Below are positions 26,712 to 32,304 of a DNA stretch of 32,304 bases, in pieces (position 1 is the first letter of the stretch; every line of letters begins with the position of its first letter). A program made the position numbers and the translations under genes. Below the pieces are notes generated by a model. The model was not told where the DNA came from. It worked only from the letters and a program-made list of their open reading frames with translations, and made no database searches. Source of the DNA: a virus. Its lineage: Duplodnaviria > Caudoviricetes. The DNA lies in IMG/VR virus record IMGVR_UViG_3300027793_000039, positions 1-32,304 of that record, one strand, 5' to 3'.

Positions 26712-26728
26712 ATTTCAAAAACAATGCG

Positions 26729-26736
26729 TAATTTAG
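26729..26736 (+). promoter_or_regulatory. Class II -7 element
   Basis: acaatgcgTAATTTAG-cacc-ATG(26741). Confidence 0.6.
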
Positions 26737-26740
26737 CACC

Positions 26741-26983
26741 ATGGATTTAGCAGAAAAGATACGCAAGCTCAAGGCTCAGTACAGCTGGCGCGAAATGAGC
26801 GAGGTGCTGCACCTAAGGCACCCGCACTTGCTGCGTGCGGTGGCCAAAGGCGGCAACAAAAGTGCCACGCTGATTGAAGCTATATACAACGCCGCTGGCA
26901 GCGACATAGAGAGTGAAGCCGCAAACAAGCTTGAGCAGCTTATGAATGAGCGGGCGGTCAAACGTAAAAAGATTAGGTTATGA
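26741..26983 (+). CDS. Small HTH/Cro-like DNA-binding protein
   Basis: The pattern LAEKIRKLK..YSWREMSEVL...LLRAVAKG resembles an XRE HTH. Confidence 0.55.
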   Translation: MDLAEKIRKLKAQYSWREMSEVLHLRHPHLLRAVAKGGNKSATLIEAIYNAAGSDIESEAANKLEQLMNERAVKRKKIRL

Positions 26984-27336
26984 AGCGGCGCGAAGAAACT
27001 CTCCAGATAGCACTAGTCAAGTGGTTTGCTACTGCACACCCTGACAAGGTCATGTTTAGCATCCCTAATGAGCGCAAAGCAACACCCCGCGAAGGCTGGC
27101 GAATGAAACAGATGGGGCTAACCCCGGGTGTAGCCGACCTGTTTTTGATGCACGGGAACCACCTGTACCACGGGATGTTTATCGAAATGAAGTCGCCAAG
27201 CGGAATGATGCAGCCTACCCAAATGCAGTTTGGAGAAAAAGCTGAGGTAGCCGGCTATCGATACGAGGTGTATTACAACCTAAACGATGCAGTTATGGGT
27301 ATAACTAATTACCTAAGCATAAAAAAACCAAAATGA
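26980..27336 (+). CDS. VRR-NUC nuclease (Holliday-junction resolvase-like)
   Basis: EETLQ..VKWF, FSIPNE, GLTPGVADL and FIEMK..G...Q motifs. Confidence 0.88.
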   Translation: MKRREETLQIALVKWFATAHPDKVMFSIPNERKATPREGWRMKQMGLTPGVADLFLMHGNHLYHGMFIEMKSPSGMMQPTQMQFGEKAEVAGYRYEVYYNLNDAVMGITNYLSIKKPK

Positions 27337-27620
27337 CAATTCGCGAATTAATACTTGCCTGCTGGTTTAGCCTAGCTATATCAATCTTCGTGCCAATCGT
27401 ATGGGTGCGGATGTACATCCATTTGGATAAGTGGCTGCACCGCTACCGATTGTGGCACATTCGGCCTATTGCGTGCCCAAAGTGCATGAGCTTTTGGCTA
27501 GCACTTGCCATCGGGCTAGCTGCTCTGCCCTGGTATATTGCGCTTGTATCCGCGTTTTTTGCCTACCTTGTGGGTAAAAGTTACTTTAACTGGTGCGAAG
27601 AAAATGACAACTGCTATTGA
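27333..27620 (+). CDS. Membrane protein with a CxxC-SFW motif (DUF1360-like)
   Basis: CPKCMSFW flanked by TM segments. Confidence 0.6.
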   Translation: MTIRELILACWFSLAISIFVPIVWVRMYIHLDKWLHRYRLWHIRPIACPKCMSFWLALAIGLAALPWYIALVSAFFAYLVGKSYFNWCEENDNCY

Positions 27621-27927
27621 CCGAATCAAAGTGGCAATCCTTGCTTATGATGATAGCCGCATGGGTAGCCTTCGCGAAAAGCGGGCGGCTGTAGACCTGA
27701 TATGCGAGGTATACAGAGAGGCTACAGGGCTAGACTGTGACCCAGTTACCTGCTACAACTGCGCCAACGGCGTACGTAAGTACGTGCGCGAACTGGAATT
27801 GCTTATGCTGCACGCTTATGAGCACTCAAACGTCGAGACAATTGAACCCCTAACCACCGAAACCGATGGAGGCGAACCAACCGAAACCGAAACGCGACTA
27901 TCCCGCGCTCGAAAAAAACAAGTTTAA
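27604..27927 (+). CDS. Hypothetical CxxC protein
   Basis: Contains CDPVTCYNC. ATG27604 is preferred as the start. Confidence 0.6.
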   Translation: MTTAIDRIKVAILAYDDSRMGSLREKRAAVDLICEVYREATGLDCDPVTCYNCANGVRKYVRELELLMLHAYEHSNVETIEPLTTETDGGEPTETETRLSRARKKQV

Positions 27928-28213
27928 GCCGGGGCAAAGTGGTAACCCTAATGGCAAGCCAAAAGGGGCCGGCAAAAAAGACTTGGATCCATTGCGTAAT
28001 CAAATACGCGAGTTTCTATCCGAGACATTCCCGCAAATAGCAACTAAATTTGCGGAGCTGGACAACGCAAAAGATATGATATACTGCTGGACTAAGCTAG
28101 CTGATTACGTAATGCCTAAGTTACGAACTATCGAGCTAGAAACGGATGGGGAGGCATTGCCATATATTCCGCTTACTATCGTGCGGCCTGAAGACATTAA
28201 ACGCCGTGGATAG
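27866..28213 (+). CDS. terS: Terminase small subunit (DUF5681-type N-terminus)
   Basis: FKPGQSGNPNGKPKG motif. Directly precedes TerL. Confidence 0.75.
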   Translation: MEANQPKPKRDYPALEKNKFKPGQSGNPNGKPKGAGKKDLDPLRNQIREFLSETFPQIATKFAELDNAKDMIYCWTKLADYVMPKLRTIELETDGEALPYIPLTIVRPEDIKRRG

Positions 28214-29428
28214 GTGGACGCAAAAGAGCGGCATATTCTGGCACCTTACGTGCCATTATTTGAGCCGCACGGCAAGCGATATGTAATTATGCGCGGTGGG
28301 GCAGGTGCAGGCAAAACCTACCACATGTATCTGCGCATCCTGCTGGACATAGTTACATACCCTGACTACCGATGGCTTTGCATTCGCAAAACCCGCACCA
28401 GCATACCCCGCACTATATGGCAAGGCCTAACGGAGCTCATCCGCAAACTAGGACTATCCAAATACTTTGTCTTTCGAAGCCAAGAGCTAACCATTGAGTA
28501 TACCCCTAACGGAAACTTTATCTGGTTTAGCGGGATAGACGACCCAGACAAGCTCAAAGGGATCGAGAATGTTGTCTCTGTATGGATGGAAGAGGCTGAT
28601 CAGTGTACGGCAGATGACCTGTACGAACTATCCCGCCGCCTTCGCCCTGAAAGCGATTACCATAGCCAGATTGTACTCACCTTTAACCCGGTTAACGTCA
28701 ATAACTGGGTATACAAAGAATTTTTTGAAACTAATGCGCGTGCTGATAGCTCGCTGTATTTACATACAACGTACCGAGACAACCCCTACCTGCCCGCCGC
28801 CAACGTAACGGAGCTGGAGGTAATGCGCGAAATAGCCCCGTACCATTACCAAGTATACGCGCTTGGGGAGTGGGGTAGCCTCGACGGCCTGATTTACCAG
28901 CCTTGGCAGCAGGTGGCTGAACTACCCACTAACCCCGCTCGCTGCTGGTACGGGCTGGACTTTGGCCACAATGTGCCTAGCGCATTGGTTAAAGTAGTTG
29001 AAGCGGACGGCCTGTACTATATGCAAGAGGTGCTGTACCGCACTGAGATGACTACGCACGACATAATAGCCGCGCTCAAAGACCTGGGGGTGGCCCGGAA
29101 CGAACCGATCTACTGTGATGCAGCGGAGCCCGATAGGATAGCGGACATATACCGCGCGGGCTACAACGCACAACGGGCGCGTAAGGATGTGGGGGCTGGC
29201 ATAAACTATGTGCAAGGGCTGCACGGCAATCTACGTAGCTGGCAGGGTAACGTGAACTTACACAAAGAACATAGTACGTACGCTTGGCGCAAAGATCGAA
29301 ACGGGCAACCTTTAGACGCGCCGGAAAAGGTTAATGACCACGCGCTGGACGCTATGCGCTACGCACTGTACACGCACCTGTACAAGGGGGGGGACGGCAA
29401 GCGCACAACCTTTGTGGCGGGGAGGTAA
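28214..29428 (+). CDS. terL: Terminase large subunit, PBSX family
   Basis: RGGAGAGKT, WMEEA, LTFNP, TYRDNP, GLDFG, YCDAAEP and DHALDAMRY motifs. Confidence 0.96.
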   Translation: MDAKERHILAPYVPLFEPHGKRYVIMRGGAGAGKTYHMYLRILLDIVTYPDYRWLCIRKTRTSIPRTIWQGLTELIRKLGLSKYFVFRSQELTIEYTPNGNFIWFSGIDDPDKLKGIENVVSVWMEEADQCTADDLYELSRRLRPESDYHSQIVLTFNPVNVNNWVYKEFFETNARADSSLYLHTTYRDNPYLPAANVTELEVMREIAPYHYQVYALGEWGSLDGLIYQPWQQVAELPTNPARCWYGLDFGHNVPSALVKVVEADGLYYMQEVLYRTEMTTHDIIAALKDLGVARNEPIYCDAAEPDRIADIYRAGYNAQRARKDVGAGINYVQGLHGNLRSWQGNVNLHKEHSTYAWRKDRNGQPLDAPEKVNDHALDAMRYALYTHLYKGGDGKRTTFVAGR

Positions 29429-29445
29429 TTATTTACGTGCGGGTC

Positions 29446-29476
29446 TTGCTTATTTGAAATAGCCTTGCTAAATTTG
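29446..29476 (+). promoter_or_regulatory. -33/-7 promoter with a degenerate operator
   Basis: TTG-N20-TAAATTTG-gcac-ATG(29481). Confidence 0.7.
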
Positions 29477-29480
29477 GCAC

Positions 29481-29873
29481 ATGAAGTATTACGAACTATA
29501 CGAGGTGCTTGACGGCGGGATCGACCTAAGGTGCCGCGAAGCAGTAGGGATGCCCAAGATTGTTTTGGCTAGGGGTACCCGCGAAGTTGCGATAATCGGA
29601 ACTAATAACCGCGCTATCGCGGAATGGGTGCTTGAATTTGTCTCCGGCGTGCTAAATCCAGAGCTGTACGATATATTTAAGGAGTACGATATATTTAAGG
29701 AGTACGATATATTTAAGGTGTACGGAATGCAGCTTTATTCAGCGGCTGCCATACAAAGCGATATGGCAGACAACGGCTGGGGATACGAGCCAGAAGAAGA
29801 AGAGGGGCCGGACGCGATAGACCGTGCCTGCGACGCGTACCACGCGTGGAAAGATGATAGCATGCTAAGATAA
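29481..29873 (+). CDS. Small acidic hypothetical protein (paralogue A)
   Basis: MKYYELY...IGTNNRAIAEWVL, a YDIFKE repeat and an acidic tail. Confidence 0.75.
   Translation: MKYYELYEVLDGGIDLRCREAVGMPKIVLARGTREVAIIGTNNRAIAEWVLEFVSGVLNPELYDIFKEYDIFKEYDIFKVYGMQLYSAAAIQSDMADNGWGYEPEEEEGPDAIDRACDAYHAWKDDSMLR
29666..29724 (+). repeat. 18-bp in-frame tandem repeat, about 3.3 copies
   Basis: GTACGATATATTTAAGGA twice, then GTACGATATATTTAAGGT, then GTACG. Confidence 0.95.
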
Positions 29874-29876
29874 GTC

Positions 29877-30167
29877 ATGAAGTACTACGAGATATATAAA
29901 GAGGACAAGGTCCGATTTCGTGAAGTTAAGGAGCCCACTTCACTTTTTTTTCGGGACGGGCAAGGCATTCAGATAGGCACCAATGATCCGGATGTGGCAG
30001 AGTGGGTACTTAATCGGCAGATAATGCTAGGCTTGTTATTTGGCCGTGTCATTATTGACCGTGCTATTAATGATATAATTGATGATATGGCACGCCTAAA
30101 GTGGAGAATACCGCCGAAATTACTAACGAGATACAATAGCGCACAGAGCACTGACCAAGATGAGTAA
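29877..30167 (+). CDS. Small hypothetical protein (paralogue B)
   Basis: MKYYEIY...IGTNDPDVAEWVL. Confidence 0.75.
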   Translation: MKYYEIYKEDKVRFREVKEPTSLFFRDGQGIQIGTNDPDVAEWVLNRQIMLGLLFGRVIIDRAINDIIDDMARLKWRIPPKLLTRYNSAQSTDQDE

Positions 30168-30759
30168 AACACTAACCATAAAACAGTACATCGATATGTG
30201 GGGGCACCTAAGGTGCTCCCCATTCGACCGCGCTACCCCGGGTATGATCAAGATGGGTCTTGCCGCCGCACTTACCGGAAAGATGCCCGCTACGGTGGCA
30301 GACTTGGCAGAGTACCTGCCCCTGCTGGCTGAGTACGATACGGCCGTGCCAAACACGTACACGCCGGTACACCACCGTCTACTAACCGCCGCCGATGGCA
30401 GCAAGTGGGGGGTGGTGAACGACATTGCCAGCTGGACTGCTGATAGGTTTCTCGACATGGAGAGCCACTTGGCGGGCAAGACAATAACAGAGCAGGTGCT
30501 GCCTATGCTGCAAGCGGTAACCTATCAGCATACTGAGAGCAAAGAGGCTCCCGGCTACAACGCCGATGAGGTGTATGCGCCCGCTAAACTGGCTAGCTTA
30601 GAGCAGCTGCCCGCCATGGAGGGGTGGGAGGTGTACCTTTTTTTCATGCTAGCGCGGCACGCGTTAAGCACGCTTACCCCGGACTCTGGGGAGACAGCGG
30701 CACAAGCGGCGGCACCTATTCCCCCTTCCAAGAAACGTACAACGAAAGGTACCCGGTAG
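30160..30759 (+). CDS. Tail assembly chaperone-like protein (0-frame product)
   Basis: LTIKQY...FLDME...LFF pattern, with a slippery T-run at the FF codons. Confidence 0.65.
   Translation: MSKTLTIKQYIDMWGHLRCSPFDRATPGMIKMGLAAALTGKMPATVADLAEYLPLLAEYDTAVPNTYTPVHHRLLTAADGSKWGVVNDIASWTADRFLDMESHLAGKTITEQVLPMLQAVTYQHTESKEAPGYNADEVYAPAKLASLEQLPAMEGWEVYLFFMLARHALSTLTPDSGETAAQAAAPIPPSKKRTTKGTR
30639..30645 (+). other. -1 ribosomal slippery heptamer T TTT TTC
   Basis: In-phase X XXY YYZ heptamer. The -1 frame stays open to 30917. Confidence 0.7.
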
Positions 30760-30917
30760 CCTATCAGTGGCTACTAATAGCGTGCGGAAATGACCTTACC
30801 AAAATGGACACAGTCAGTGAGCTACCGCTTCTTCAGTTTTTGCAGTTCGTTCAGCACTACCTTGACCGCGAGCAGCTACGTTATGATATTCGCAAAAGAG
30901 CAAGCCAAAAAAGATGA
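30645..30917 (+). CDS. -1 frameshift extension of the chaperone (fusion of about 252 aa)
   Basis: Protein-like YPGLWG...DLTKMDTVSELPLLQFLQF with no convincing start of its own. Its stop is ATGA-coupled to the next gene. Confidence 0.65.
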   Translation, partial: HASAARVKHAYPGLWGDSGTSGGTYSPFQETYNERYPVAYQWLLIACGNDLTKMDTVSELPLLQFLQFVQHYLDREQLRYDIRKRASQKR

Positions 30918-31339
30918 GTTATAAAAGTACCCTAAACACACTGGTGACGGCAGCCGAGGGGCTAGGCGTACCGGTAATAGTAGACAGGCCGGGCCGTGCA
31001 GGCTTCCAGCCGCCTATCCGCTTCCCCTACATTGCGATTGATATGGTGCCAGACTTAACGCTAGGGCCGAATAGCACTACTATGGCATTCGACGTGCGGG
31101 TGCTAACCAAAAGCGGCACCGACATAGCAGACTACACGAATGACCTTGAGGCTACCTACACGCTGATAAACCAGCTAGTAGGCGCACTGAGGCGCACGGC
31201 CTACAATAACGGGGGGCCGGTGCTCAACTCGCTCGATAGCGTGCAGGCAGTAGGGGAGATAGAGAGTTATGCCAACAGTGAAACAGGCTGGATGGTAACG
31301 ATAGAGCTAGAAACAGATAGCGATACAACTATATGCTAA
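30914..31339 (+). CDS. Tail terminator/completion-like protein
   Basis: 141 aa with FPYIAID...FDVRVL...GWMVTIEL. Confidence 0.6.
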   Translation: MSYKSTLNTLVTAAEGLGVPVIVDRPGRAGFQPPIRFPYIAIDMVPDLTLGPNSTTMAFDVRVLTKSGTDIADYTNDLEATYTLINQLVGALRRTAYNNGGPVLNSLDSVQAVGEIESYANSETGWMVTIELETDSDTTIC

Positions 31340-31515
31340 CCAAAGTAGCAGGCAAAGGCACCGAAGCGGATAGCCAGCCAACCGACCAAGCGAGTGAGCA
31401 GGCCGAAGCGCGGCTCCAGCATAGCGATATGCGCCCAAAGTGCAAGGCTGCGCCGTGCCCGAAAGCGTCGATAGACGGCGGGAAGTGTGAATGTATAAAC
31501 CGCGTGTGGTTGTAA
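31333..31515 (+). CDS. Small Cys-containing hypothetical protein
   Basis: Overlaps the previous stop and fills the operon gap. Confidence 0.4.
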   Translation: MLTKVAGKGTEADSQPTDQASEQAEARLQHSDMRPKCKAAPCPKASIDGGKCECINRVWL

Positions 31516-31521
31516 CGCATT

Positions 31522-31719
31522 ATGGGCAAAAGCAGGAACGAACTACCCGCTATGTGGCGGCAGGTACAGCGGCTACGGCAGCGCGTGTATGACCTCGAGT
31601 GCCTGCTGCATAATGAGCTAGATGAGCGCATAGCTAAGGCAGTGGCAAAAGGTAAGGATAGCGGCAGGCAGGAAGCGATAGACGTGGCCAGCACCCAGCA
31701 AGATCAGGGCAATGGCTAA
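31522..31719 (+). CDS. Small coiled-coil hypothetical protein
   Basis: Overlaps the start of the next gene. Confidence 0.5.
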   Translation: MGKSRNELPAMWRQVQRLRQRVYDLECLLHNELDERIAKAVAKGKDSGRQEAIDVASTQQDQGNG

Positions 31720-32251
31720 GAAACCCGCACTAGGCAAAAGTGTAGCCCGCATTCTCGCAGAGCAAAAGCGGCAAACTCCGATGGCATTCGCGCTGCGGGA
31801 GGCGGGGGAGTTCATGGCCGACCTAATGCGCTTCTACCTAGCTAGCCAAGGGTTGGAAGATAGCCGCATAATCGACGCTATTACGGTCGAAGTGAACACC
31901 GCTCAGGGCATGCTAAGCGTAGTTGCACCCCCGTATGCTACATGGGTGGAAAGTGGGCGTAAGCCGTATGGGAAGATCACCGGGTTTGTGAACACTATGC
32001 CCCCAAACGACGTGATATTCGAGTGGGTGAAGCGCAAAAGGATCAAGGGCCGTAACCGTAAAACGGGTAAATTCATAACCAACGCGGAGCTAGTGTGGCG
32101 CATACGGCGAATGATAGCCCGGAGGGGTATACCGCCTAGGCCGTTTATCTTGCCCGCAATAGACGAAGGGCTGCCAAAGATAGATGAGTTTGTTACTCTC
32201 AACTGGGATATAGCCATAGATAACCAGATAGCACTGATAGCAGAAAGATGA
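31712..32251 (+). CDS. Neck/tail-completion protein (HK97 gp10-like)
   Basis: YATWVESGRKP...MPP...WVKRKRI...IARRGIPPRPFI. ATGA-coupled to the MTase remnant. Confidence 0.7.
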   Translation: MAKKPALGKSVARILAEQKRQTPMAFALREAGEFMADLMRFYLASQGLEDSRIIDAITVEVNTAQGMLSVVAPPYATWVESGRKPYGKITGFVNTMPPNDVIFEWVKRKRIKGRNRKTGKFITNAELVWRIRRMIARRGIPPRPFILPAIDEGLPKIDEFVTLNWDIAIDNQIALIAER

Positions 32252-32304
32252 AAGCACCCTTCCCCTACTTTGGCGGTAAGAGCAGCGTAGCCCCAATAGT
32301 GTGG
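32178..32304. repeat. 127-bp terminal direct repeat, right copy
   Basis: Identical to 1-127. Confidence 0.95.

Overview
This window looks like a complete, circular genome of about 32.18 kb from a tailed (siphovirus-like) phage of a Bacteroidota host. Bases 1-127 are identical to 32178-32304, which most likely reflects an assembler overlap. The host is inferred from TAnnTTTG promoters, A-rich leaders without Shine-Dalgarno sites and a DUF3127-type SSB. Recognisable structural genes are terminase small and large subunits, portal, adaptor, XkdF-type prohead protease, capsid, tail tube, tape measure, tail tip, a tail chaperone with a -1 slippery site and three fibre/adhesin proteins. Lysis genes are an amidase, a u-spanin-like lipoprotein and two holin-like genes. 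Replication and recombination genes are DnaB, SSB, a Sak4-like ATPase, a PD-(D/E)XK nuclease and VRR-NUC. No integrase, polymerase, initiator, tRNA, CRISPR array or reverse transcriptase was recognised. The most unusual signals are: (1) five dispersed promoters sharing a 16-bp palindromic operator; (2) seven genes whose ATG sits at the predicted +1 (leaderless); (3) two stand-alone small-RNA candidates; (4) a tail-tube paralogue fused to Ig-like and LamG domains; (5) a LamG adhesin split by a 7-repeat delta-60 propeller; (6) a WYL-like gene heading an inverted lysis operon opposite an HTH gene; (7) a methyltransferase with its middle deleted exactly at the contig junction. All family calls come from motif recognition by eye, and no searches were run.
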